Part shown: positions 19,929 to 28,661 of the stretch, in pieces | Layout: each line of letters starts with the position of its first letter | How positions within the stretch are numbered: the first letter of the stretch is position 1 | Made by a program: the position numbers and the translations under genes | DNA from: Thermoproteota archaeon | Lineage (GTDB): Archaea; Asgardarchaeota; Njordarchaeia; Njordarchaeales; Panguiarchaeaceae | Assembly: GCA_024720975.1 (NCBI GenBank) | Contig: JANJXX010000005.1 | Coordinates: 7,059-71,058, forward strand | Length of the DNA stretch: 64,000 nucleotides | Reading direction: 5' to 3' | The notes under the pieces: model-generated | Databases searched by the model: none | Told to the model about the DNA's origin: nothing | Seen by the model: only the letters and a program-made list of their open reading frames with translations

Positions 19929-20665
19929 TGCCCGACATCAGATTATACAGACTAAAAAAGACTATGGACAAAGTAAAAAATATAATAAGTGTCGCTTCTG
20001 GAAAAGGTGGCGTTGGTAAGACAACAATTTCCACTGTATTAAGCCTAATTCTAAGTGAGAGAGGATATATCACCGGGCTCCTTGACTTAGATTTTCATGG
20101 CCCGTCCTGCCATACTATCCTAGGAATAGACAAAATGGAATACGAAGAAGAAAAGGGAATAAATCCGTACAAGGCAGCGGAAAATTTATACTTTGCATCA
20201 ATATACCCATTTGTTAAGAATGGCTACGTACCACTTCGGGGAATGGAGCTTTCAAATGCACTTATAGAATTTCTATCAATCCTCAACTGGAAAGAGCTGG
20301 ATTGCCTTATAATTGATATGCCACCTGGGATGGGAGACGTACTTTTAGATTTTATACGTCTTGTCCCCTCTCCGAAGTTTTTGATAGTTGCAACGAACTC
20401 TGCACTTGTGATCCAGACCGTTAGAAGACTTATAAAGTTTATGATTGAAGGCAATTTCAATATACTTGGAATTGTAGCCAACATGATAAGAAACGACGAC
20501 GCGCTCGTAAGGGAATTAGCAAAGGAATTCTCCATCAAATTCTTAGGTAGCGTTCCTTTTGATCAATACTTCGAGAAAGTCTTAGGCAATATGCAGGAAA
20601 TTCTCAGAACAAATCTCGCAGCAGCTCTTAGTGATATTGTAGAGCAATACATTAAGTTAAAATGA
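19925..20665 (+). CDS. Mrp/MinD-family P-loop ATPase (HypB-equivalent partner of HypA)
   Basis: Deviant Walker A SGKGGVGKTT. The start overlaps the hypA stop (ATGA). Confidence 0.8.
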   Translation: MMPDIRLYRLKKTMDKVKNIISVASGKGGVGKTTISTVLSLILSERGYITGLLDLDFHGPSCHTILGIDKMEYEEEKGINPYKAAENLYFASIYPFVKNGYVPLRGMELSNALIEFLSILNWKELDCLIIDMPPGMGDVLLDFIRLVPSPKFLIVATNSALVIQTVRRLIKFMIEGNFNILGIVANMIRNDDALVRELAKEFSIKFLGSVPFDQYFEKVLGNMQEILRTNLAAALSDIVEQYIKLK

Positions 20666-20742
20666 CACAGCTTTGACTCTTCATTATGCTTAGTATTATT
20701 TTCAGAGTTCATAATCGCGTGAAATTCAATAGATGACATTTC

Positions 20743-21885
20743 ATGAGAAGAGTAAGTACTTTCGAATTAAGACTTCATGAAGGTAAAGCACCACCTTGGT
20801 TAATAACTAGAATGGAAAAGGTTGCTAAACCTATTCTGGAGCTCCTAGTTATTAACTTTGGAACCACTGAACTGTTGAGGCGTCTTGCGGATCCCCTGTG
20901 GTTTCAAGCACTAAGTTATGTATTAGGGTATGATTGGGATTCTTCTGGAGTAACCACAGTAACAATTGGAGTACTAAAGGGAATTTGTACACCAGACTTG
21001 GGCCTAATGATAGCAGGCGGGAAAGGCAGGAGAAGCCTTAGAACTCCAGAGGAAATAGTAAAAATAGCCCAGACATTTGGTTTCTCTGAGAGCAAAACGG
21101 CCTCATTGATACGCGCCTCGCGTCTAGCTGCGAAGGTAGACAACGCTGTTCTCCAAGATGAGCATAAACTTTACCATCACGCAATGCTAATAGATAAGAA
21201 CGGCAATTGGGCCGTAATACAGCAAGGCATGTGTCCCGCTAGAAAAACCGCTAGGAGGTATCATTGGACTTCACTATCTCTGAAAAGCTTTGTCATCGAT
21301 CCCCACGAAATTATAGGAGACGTACGACTTCCTATAGTTTTAAACATGGCCTCTAGTGAATCAATCAATGCTCAAAAAGTATCCCTCGACCTCGTGAAGG
21401 ATGGCATTGAAAGTTTAAAGAAGGACTACAGCAAGCTTATGAGGTTAGCTAAACGCTTGGCACCACTAGACAAGTTCCTGACGAATACGCCAGACAACAT
21501 TAGCCTTCCAGGTGAGTTAAGGATAAAGCTAATACCAATGCGTTTAAATTGGGAAGCTCTCAATAAGGCTTACGAAATACAACCAAGCAGTTATGAGGAG
21601 TTAGTAGAGATAAAGGGTCTCGGACCTGGAACTATCAGAGCTTTAGCTCTTATTGCGGAACTTATATATGATGCCAAGGTTTGTTGGAAAGACCCAATAC
21701 GTTATACATTCGCTCATGGTGGAAAGGATGGAGTGCCCTACCAAGTTAATGTGAAGCGCATGGAAGAAGTTGCTGAATTCCTGGAGAGCATAATTGAGGA
21801 CCTGAGTATCGGAAAGAGGGAGAAGTTGGAGATGCTCAATAGACTCTCAAGGCTTGTTCCTAGAGACGCTAGTAAGTCAGTCTAA
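20743..21885 (+). CDS. DUF763 family protein
   Basis: The N-terminal LHEGKAPPWL...DPLWFQA....GYDWDSSGVTT pattern is characteristic of DUF763. Confidence 0.6.
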   Translation: MRRVSTFELRLHEGKAPPWLITRMEKVAKPILELLVINFGTTELLRRLADPLWFQALSYVLGYDWDSSGVTTVTIGVLKGICTPDLGLMIAGGKGRRSLRTPEEIVKIAQTFGFSESKTASLIRASRLAAKVDNAVLQDEHKLYHHAMLIDKNGNWAVIQQGMCPARKTARRYHWTSLSLKSFVIDPHEIIGDVRLPIVLNMASSESINAQKVSLDLVKDGIESLKKDYSKLMRLAKRLAPLDKFLTNTPDNISLPGELRIKLIPMRLNWEALNKAYEIQPSSYEELVEIKGLGPGTIRALALIAELIYDAKVCWKDPIRYTFAHGGKDGVPYQVNVKRMEEVAEFLESIIEDLSIGKREKLEMLNRLSRLVPRDASKSV

Positions 21886-21904
21886 AAAGAAACATGTTTC
21901 TTTT
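21885..21904 (+). terminator. Perfect 20-bp palindrome ending in a T-run, at the stop of the DUF763 gene
   Basis: The sequence AAAAGAAACA/TGTTTCTTTT is read directly. An oligo-T tract follows, and oligo-T is the archaeal termination signal. Confidence 0.4.
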
Positions 21905-21962
21905 AGTAGATAATTCATACGTATTATTTAGTTTAGCTACTTGAGCTATTCGCGGATTAGTC

Positions 21963-22616
21963 TTGGTGAGTTATTTGAGCTTCATACCAACGACAGTAGG
22001 TAAAAAAGTCTATTCAAGTGACGGAGTACTTCTAGGTGAGGTTACTCGCGTTTATATGTCCGAATTTGGTGTACACATGGCAGAGATAAAGACAGCTTTC
22101 GAGGAATTTCCTAAGCTCGAAGTTGTGGTTACGCAACTCAGACCAACAAAGGTAAAACTAGGAGCAGTAGAAGAGGACGCATACGTACTTAGAGAGCTTC
22201 CCATCAAGTTACAAATGTTAATAATCGAAAAACTCGGACTAGAGAAAGCTAGGGCGCCTGTCCTGCCTAAACCAGTAGGTCCATATTCTCTGTACACGCG
22301 AGCCGGAAACTTTCTCTTCGTCTCTGGTCAGTTACCTGTTGATCCCGTATCAGGTTTCATCGTTAGCGGGGGAATAAAAGAACAAACAGCCCAATGTCTG
22401 GAGAATATCAAAGCTATACTAGAGATGGCGGGATACACTCTGAGCAATGTTGTTATGGTGTTTGTATACCTAACGGACCTATCAAAGTTTAACGAATTTA
22501 ATGAAGTATACGCTTCGTACTTTTCTTCAATAAAGCCTGCACGTGTGACCGTCGGCGTATCTCATCTTCCTCAGAATGCACTTGTGGAAATTTCAGTTAT
22601 AGCGTATAAAGAGTAA
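21963..22616 (+). CDS. RidA/YjgF-family deaminase with ~100-aa N-terminal PRC-barrel-like extension
   Basis: The C-terminal half (PVGPYS...[12 protein letters not shown]...[10 protein letters not shown]....VEI) is RidA-like. The N-terminus reads [19 protein letters not shown]. Confidence 0.7.
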   Translation: MVSYLSFIPTTVGKKVYSSDGVLLGEVTRVYMSEFGVHMAEIKTAFEEFPKLEVVVTQLRPTKVKLGAVEEDAYVLRELPIKLQMLIIEKLGLEKARAPVLPKPVGPYSLYTRAGNFLFVSGQLPVDPVSGFIVSGGIKEQTAQCLENIKAILEMAGYTLSNVVMVFVYLTDLSKFNEFNEVYASYFSSIKPARVTVGVSHLPQNALVEISVIAYKE

Positions 22617-22626
22617 GGGAGATAGC

Positions 22627-23106
22627 TTGGAAAAGAATGAGAGTCTAAAAGTTAAAAAGATAGAACAGGGCACGGTAATAGACCACATCCCTAAGGGACG
22701 TAGTTTAATAGTTCTGAAGATCCTGGGAATCACGGGAAATGAGGAAAATACAATTGCTGTCCTTATCAATGTGGAATCCCAAAAGCTGGGTCGTAAGGAT
22801 ATAGTCAAAATCGAGAATAGAGAATTAACAGAAGATGAAGTTAATTTGATAGCACTCGTAGCACCAACAGCTACAATAAACATAATAAGGGAATGCCGAG
22901 TCATAAAGAAATATAAAGTCGCATTGCCTAGTGTGATAAGACGCATTCTAAGCTGCACAAATCCAACTTGTATAACAAACGCAGAAAAAAATGTGGAGAC
23001 AGTATTCGAGGTATTAAGCACTGATCCAGTCAAACTGCGTTGTACCTATTGTTGGTCATACCTGACGCTTAGTGATATATTATCGCAGCTAGTGGAAGCT
23101 CGATGA
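22627..23106 (+). CDS. pyrI: Aspartate carbamoyltransferase regulatory subunit
   Basis: IEQGTVIDHIP allosteric-domain motif and Zn domain CTNPTCIT...CTYC. Confidence 0.85.
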   Translation: MEKNESLKVKKIEQGTVIDHIPKGRSLIVLKILGITGNEENTIAVLINVESQKLGRKDIVKIENRELTEDEVNLIALVAPTATINIIRECRVIKKYKVALPSVIRRILSCTNPTCITNAEKNVETVFEVLSTDPVKLRCTYCWSYLTLSDILSQLVEAR

Positions 23107-23939
23107 AAATAAAGTTCCTAGCAGCGGACTCCCTTGGAGTTCGATCAATGGCGACCTTTGTTGAAACCTCTGACACTACCATATTAATCGACCCTGCTGC
23201 AGCACTTGGTCCAAGAAGATATGGTCTGCCCCCGCACAAACTGGAAAAGGAGGCTTTAGAATACTCCTGGCAGAAAATCTCTGAAGCATCTGAGGAGTCT
23301 GAAGTTATAATAGTGACACATTACCACTATGATCATCATAGTCGTAAAAGGAACGTTGAAATCTACAAAAACAAATTGCTACTGATAAAAGACCCTAACT
23401 CATTCATAAACAGAAGTCAACGATGGCGTGCTTATGCATTTCTAGAAAGCATCAAAGAACTGCCGAGCGAGATAGCTATTGCAGATGGCAAAGAATTATT
23501 TATTGGAAACACACAGGTGGTTTTCAGTAGACCCGTCTTCCATGGAGAACCTAAAAGTAAATTGGGCTTCGTTCTTGAGGTTTTCATTTCTGACTCAAAT
23601 AAAAGTTTTATATTTTCATCAGACGTTGAGGGTTTGCTTGATGAATCTCAGATAGATTTCATATTGAGGATGAAAGCAGATATAGTGTATCTCGATGGAC
23701 CCCCAACATACCTAGGAAGTAAAAAGATGGATCAGCTATTGCATATCAGCCAGACTAATATAGAACGAGTAGTTAGGCTGGTAAGGCCGCAGTTTCTCAT
23801 TATAGATCATCATCTCACTCGCGACTTAAACTTTAAAGCATACTTTGAAGGTTTTAATAATTTCATCACAGCAGCAGAATTTATGGGCCAGAACCCCAAT
23901 CTTCTCGAAGCGAGGCGAAAAGAACTATGGAACGAATGA
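23103..23939 (+). CDS. UPF0282-type metallo-beta-lactamase fold protein
   Basis: KIKFLAADSLGVRSMATFVET...ILIDP...THYHYDH pattern. The start overlaps the pyrI stop. Confidence 0.6.
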   Translation: MKIKFLAADSLGVRSMATFVETSDTTILIDPAAALGPRRYGLPPHKLEKEALEYSWQKISEASEESEVIIVTHYHYDHHSRKRNVEIYKNKLLLIKDPNSFINRSQRWRAYAFLESIKELPSEIAIADGKELFIGNTQVVFSRPVFHGEPKSKLGFVLEVFISDSNKSFIFSSDVEGLLDESQIDFILRMKADIVYLDGPPTYLGSKKMDQLLHISQTNIERVVRLVRPQFLIIDHHLTRDLNFKAYFEGFNNFITAAEFMGQNPNLLEARRKELWNE

Positions 23940-24508
23940 CTATCGAGTTCGGTCATCATTCAATGAATCTAGTATTCAAAGCAAAGCAGATAAACTTGAA
24001 AATATATCTTCCAAGACTCCACCACCGCGCAATTAGGGAATTCAAAGTCCTCCAGATTCTGCATAACCATGGCTTATGTGTTCCGCGTCCGATGAAATTA
24101 ATGAATGCCTCAAATTGCTCAATATTGATTAGAGAATACGTAGAAGGAATGGCGTTTCATGAGGCACTAGATAAACTTGACGCAGAATCTTTGAGGAAAG
24201 TATTAACAAGCTTAATAGAACAGATTCACATGATAGAAAATCTTGGGATATACATACCAGAGTTTACATCACTATCAAAAAATGTCGTAGTCAACAGGGA
24301 CAAGCCATACATAATTGACCTAGAGAGAGCATTGTTTAGGAAAAAACCAATAGTCACACAATTACTCGGCTTGATAATTAAACTCTCCAAGAACCCGAAA
24401 TTGTATAGAAAGCTCTCTCAAATTATCAAGTTAGAAGAAATAAAATCTGCGGCTAAGGTTTATAGGGAAACAAATGACATCAAAGCTATCCGGAATATAT
24501 TCGTTTGA
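23927..24508 (+). CDS. Small protein-kinase-like fold protein (Bud32/RIO-like) lacking obvious catalytic motifs
   Basis: Layout ...REFKVLQIL..HGLCVPRP......ILIREYVEG...IIDLE. The HxD...N and DFG positions are not conserved. Confidence 0.3.
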   Translation: MERMTIEFGHHSMNLVFKAKQINLKIYLPRLHHRAIREFKVLQILHNHGLCVPRPMKLMNASNCSILIREYVEGMAFHEALDKLDAESLRKVLTSLIEQIHMIENLGIYIPEFTSLSKNVVVNRDKPYIIDLERALFRKKPIVTQLLGLIIKLSKNPKLYRKLSQIIKLEEIKSAAKVYRETNDIKAIRNIFV

Positions 24509-24906
24509 TTATTGATCCACCTCGTGCGTTTAACAACACAGTTCCACTTGGAGTTTTCTTAGAACTTTAAGGATGGGCCATTGGAGGTTTTTCTGTGAAT
24601 CAGAAAATAAACACTATCGTTGTGATGTTATAGTTCCGTTCGCACACGATCCTTTGCTTTGAGGCAGTTATGTCTTTCTATCCTTTCGCTTGGTATTACG
24701 AGTAAGCACGCATTACGTCTCTTTTGGTGTTTTGCACGCTAGAGTAAGAAGTTACGATGTGTTTGACTTATGGAAGCATCAACATGAATTAATACCCCGA
24801 ATATTTCATATGTATCAGCTTTCTCTTATATTTACCCTTATTTAACTTTTATTAGGGGAATTAGCAAATAATATTGTCCCGCTAATTGCTAAAGCAGGTT
24901 TTTTGA

Positions 24907-25410
24907 ATGGTCGAAAGTTTAGATTATTACATAAACCTACGTCAAAAAGTTTTATCTAAGCTAAGGGAAAGACTGAGTGAAATGGAGTCGCTATTAGAGA
25001 ACGCAACACTTATCCTAGGAAAAGCAATGATTCATCCAGTCGACTTAACCGTTGTAGAGAGCATTGTAAGACTCCTAGATTTTAAGTATAGAGCTCTGTT
25101 CTTTGATCTTGAATTCATGGATGTAATAGCCGTAGACGGAGAGCTTTGGTTCGATATTAAAGTGAGCATTATAGAGAAACTTAATCCAATGATGGAAGAA
25201 ATGAGTCGCACGTTTTCGCGGTTATCAGCATTATTATCAGTTCCAGAAGTTTTTCCTGACAATATTCCGCACGGGACAGTAACAGAACTTAAGGAAAAAC
25301 TTAGGGAGCTTCTTGGAGACATGCTTAAAACTGTTAGAGGTTTCAAAACGTATACTCCTAAAATGCTTCCCGAAGATAAAATCAAGAGAAGGATAGAAGA
25401 TTTTAGATAA
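24907..25410 (+). CDS. Hypothetical coiled-coil protein
   Basis: 167-aa ORF with no motif. Confidence 0.45.
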   Translation: MVESLDYYINLRQKVLSKLRERLSEMESLLENATLILGKAMIHPVDLTVVESIVRLLDFKYRALFFDLEFMDVIAVDGELWFDIKVSIIEKLNPMMEEMSRTFSRLSALLSVPEVFPDNIPHGTVTELKEKLRELLGDMLKTVRGFKTYTPKMLPEDKIKRRIEDFR

Positions 25411-25454
25411 GTCTCCCCTTATTTTATATTGCATCTCACCTCCAAGTGTGTTGA

Positions 25455-26552
25455 TTGTCTGACGTTATAATTGTGGGCGGAGGCTTCGCCGGAAACTTCT
25501 TGGCGTATAAGCTAGCAGATAAAGGCATTAGCGTGAAAGTTTTTGAGGAGCATAGAACTATAGGGTATCCATCCCACTGCAGTGGATTAGTTAGTAGAAA
25601 AGGTCTAAGTAGATTAGGGATACTTCAGGAAATATTAAGCAGAGGTATGGTATTATCAGCGCATAGATGTCTGCGAATTCGAGCTTATAATAAGTCTAGG
25701 ATAATTCAGCTCAGCGGTGATGAGCTTTTTGTTATTGATAGACCCTCTCTCGACAGACTCCTATTCGAAAAAGCAGTGAATCGCGGGGCAGAGTATTACT
25801 TGGGAGAAAAGGTAAGCGCGATAGAAAAGGATGGCTGCATTAAAATTCGCACAAAGCACTACAGATCTAAAATTGTCGTTGATGCAGAGGGAGCTGCAAA
25901 AAAACTCGCACGTGGATTTGTATCTAGACTTACAGAGACAATACCAGCCCTTCAGATAGATGTAAGTGCTCGATCTAATAAAAAGACAGATGGTATTATA
26001 GATATTTACTTTAATACTCCTGATTTTTTCTCGTGGATTATACCCATCGGGGATAACGTCTTTAGACTAGGCGTTGCCAGTAGATGGATCAATGATAAAT
26101 ACAAATTCCTAAGCGATCTGGCGAAGGTCAAACTAGGTTCATTCAAGGTAATCAACATTTTTGGTGGTCTCGTAAATACCGGTGGACCATTGGATAAATT
26201 CGTCTTTGGCAAAGTCGCGCTTGTAGGTGACGCGGCGGGCCAGACAAAACCAACGACAGCTGGCGGAATTGTATGGAGTGGAATTTCGGCATGTCTCCTT
26301 GCAAAAGTGATAGAATTAAATATTAGCGGATATGTAAACATGTCCGCCTATGAGAGGCTCTGGGAAAAACTGTTCGGTTCTCATGTTTTGTTAATGTCAA
26401 TGATCCGCAAAATCCTATATCTTGGCAATCCTCAAACGAAGTTGAACTTCCTACTATCGTTGCTTCCAAGCGTAATTACTGTGAGTTTTGATTATGATTT
26501 TCAATTCGATTTAATTCAAAAATTAACTATGTACTCTAGGAAAAATCACTAG
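25455..26552 (+). CDS. FAD-dependent geranylgeranyl reductase family protein
   Basis: The N-terminal dinucleotide motif VIIVGGGFAGN, a later GDAAG motif, and the length fit archaeal GGR. Confidence 0.75.
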   Translation: MSDVIIVGGGFAGNFLAYKLADKGISVKVFEEHRTIGYPSHCSGLVSRKGLSRLGILQEILSRGMVLSAHRCLRIRAYNKSRIIQLSGDELFVIDRPSLDRLLFEKAVNRGAEYYLGEKVSAIEKDGCIKIRTKHYRSKIVVDAEGAAKKLARGFVSRLTETIPALQIDVSARSNKKTDGIIDIYFNTPDFFSWIIPIGDNVFRLGVASRWINDKYKFLSDLAKVKLGSFKVINIFGGLVNTGGPLDKFVFGKVALVGDAAGQTKPTTAGGIVWSGISACLLAKVIELNISGYVNMSAYERLWEKLFGSHVLLMSMIRKILYLGNPQTKLNFLLSLLPSVITVSFDYDFQFDLIQKLTMYSRKNH

Positions 26553-26600
26553 TGATGAAAAGAGGGTCATCCGACTGTAATGACGAAAACACTTATCTGA
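26552..26600 (+). ncRNA. Probable C/D box sRNA (2'-O-methylation guide)
   Basis: Read in order: GUGAUGA (C box), 12 nt, CCGA (D'), 5 nt, AUGACGA (C'), 10 nt, CUGA (D). Total is 49 nt. It starts at the stop codon of the upstream CDS. Confidence 0.5.
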
Positions 26601-26694
26601 AGGATATAAATTTCTCATATACAAAGTTTTATGCAGGTAGTGGTAGTTACCCGCCCAAGTGCAGGTTCAGGAACGCAAACCACGGGGAATTATC

Positions 26695-27294
26695 ATGAAG
26701 GTACTTCAGAGTTGTATTGAAATAAAGATAGCTGTGATTGGAGATGAAGCCGTAGGTAAGACCGCAATTACGCGTAGATATCTTGGAGAGCCATTCACTG
26801 ATTATAAGCCAACTTTAGCTGCAGACCTATACTTGAAGCGTACTTCATACAATGTTGAACCTTTCGGGCGATGTGACATTATGTGGATTATAGTTGACAT
26901 GTCGGGACGGCAGATATTTGAGTTTATTAGACAACAATACTATAGGGGTGCCAAAGCAGCAATTGTGGTTTTCGATGTTTCACAACCAGAGACATTCAAA
27001 TCCATTCCAAGATGGATAAAAGAATTTTGGAAGTATAGTGGTGGCATGAATCCTTTTATAATCATCGGTAACAAAATAGATCTTAGAGAGACAACGAATT
27101 GCATCCCCTATGAATACGGAGCTAATTATGCTAAGGAGCTCTCTAGAGTAGCTGGGATGCCGATAACTTATGTTGAAACTTCAGCAAGGAATGGAATTAA
27201 TATTGAAAAAGCATTTGAACTATTGGCGAATACTATAATTACCTCCCTAATCATGAAGCAAGAGAGCAGAGAGGTAGGAAAATTGCATGAGTGA
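26695..27294 (+). CDS. Ras/Rab-like small GTPase
   Basis: G1 GDEAVGKT, G3 DMSG, G4 NKID and G5 TSAR motifs. The ATG at 26695 is preferred to the GTG at 26659. Confidence 0.8.
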   Translation: MKVLQSCIEIKIAVIGDEAVGKTAITRRYLGEPFTDYKPTLAADLYLKRTSYNVEPFGRCDIMWIIVDMSGRQIFEFIRQQYYRGAKAAIVVFDVSQPETFKSIPRWIKEFWKYSGGMNPFIIIGNKIDLRETTNCIPYEYGANYAKELSRVAGMPITYVETSARNGINIEKAFELLANTIITSLIMKQESREVGKLHE

Positions 27295-28456
27295 GATTAT
27301 CCTAGGAAGGCTCTCCGGTGAAGTGACCCTCAAATCTCGTGGAGTAATAAGGAGTTGGCTTAACCTTCTTGTCAAGCAAATAGAAAGAAGACTCCAGAGA
27401 AAGAACCTAAAAGCAAGCATTCAAATTCTAGAATTGCGTGTAATTGTAGAGCCAAAAGAAGATTCTAATATTGAACTAATAGCCGATAGTGTTGCAAAGA
27501 CTTTCGGTATAAAAGAAGTAATCATTGCTAAGAAAGTACCCTTAAACATTGATGATATAATTAGCGCATCAAGAGAAGTTGTGTCGAATTTCTCTGGGAC
27601 ATTCGCTGTCAGGACACACAGAGCCTACAAAGGATTTCCTGTAACAAGCATTGAGCTCAACAAAATTATTGGCGAGGTCTTGGTGAGAGAGAATAAAAAT
27701 CTTAAGGTAGACCTCAAAAATCCAGATTTGGAACTGAGGATAGAAATACGGAAAGATGGCGCATATGTTTATAGAAAGAAAAAAGAGGGGCCCGGCGGTT
27801 TGCCGTATAGTGTTTCAGGAAGAGGCATAGCACTAATATCAGGTGGCATCGACTCATCAGTAGCTGCCTGGTTGGCGATGAAGAGAGGCATGAAGATAAT
27901 CGCACTTCATGCTGATATGGGGGAGTATTACTCTGATCGTGCGAGAAACAGAGCTAGGGCTGTATTAAAGTGGCTGGCTGACTGGGTGCCATCAGGTAAA
28001 TTAAAAGCATATATAGTTCGTGTAGCAAAACTACATGAAAGGGTAAAGTTGCCCTCAGACGAGTTTAGGTGTGTCTTCTGTAAAATGCTGCTAGTAAAGC
28101 TAGCAGAGTTGGTAGCTAAAAAAGAATCTGCTCATGCGATCATAACTGGAGAAAGCCTGTCACAAGTAGCCTCGCAAACACCACAAAACATCAAAATTAT
28201 AAACCTTGTGACGAGTTACCCGATATTGCGGCCCTTGATATTTATGGATAAGTCAGAGATTGATAGCATAGCTCAAAAAATTGGTCTGTACAATATTGTA
28301 AGTATTGATGTGGGCAGCTGTCTCCTTTTACCTCGCAGACCAGCTTTAAAAACCGACGATAGGTTTGCAACTAGGTTAATTGAGATCTTGTACTCATTAC
28401 CACTCGAGGAGACTTTAGAAAGAGATGCTGTGGTTGAATTTATAAGTTCGGCATGA
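27287..28456 (+). CDS. thiI: tRNA 4-thiouridine / thiamine sulfur-transfer protein ThiI
   Basis: THUMP-like N-terminal half plus PP-loop SGGIDSSVA. Overlaps the GTPase gene by 8 nt. Confidence 0.85.
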   Translation: MSEIILGRLSGEVTLKSRGVIRSWLNLLVKQIERRLQRKNLKASIQILELRVIVEPKEDSNIELIADSVAKTFGIKEVIIAKKVPLNIDDIISASREVVSNFSGTFAVRTHRAYKGFPVTSIELNKIIGEVLVRENKNLKVDLKNPDLELRIEIRKDGAYVYRKKKEGPGGLPYSVSGRGIALISGGIDSSVAAWLAMKRGMKIIALHADMGEYYSDRARNRARAVLKWLADWVPSGKLKAYIVRVAKLHERVKLPSDEFRCVFCKMLLVKLAELVAKKESAHAIITGESLSQVASQTPQNIKIINLVTSYPILRPLIFMDKSEIDSIAQKIGLYNIVSIDVGSCLLLPRRPALKTDDRFATRLIEILYSLPLEETLERDAVVEFISSA

Positions 28457-28661
28457 TATGGAGTATATACTCAGCGATTTATTGTGTATTGGCAATTTCT
28501 TGCTATGTGCATAACGATTAACACGAACAAATAACAGCCACAAAAGTCAATATGATGTGAATACTAAAGGTTATAGATGGAGTTTAGCAAGTGCAAAACT
28601 TTTTAAGGTAAATACAGGGTATATATTTATATGGAATAAAGTTAATTCAGGTCTGGTGGAT

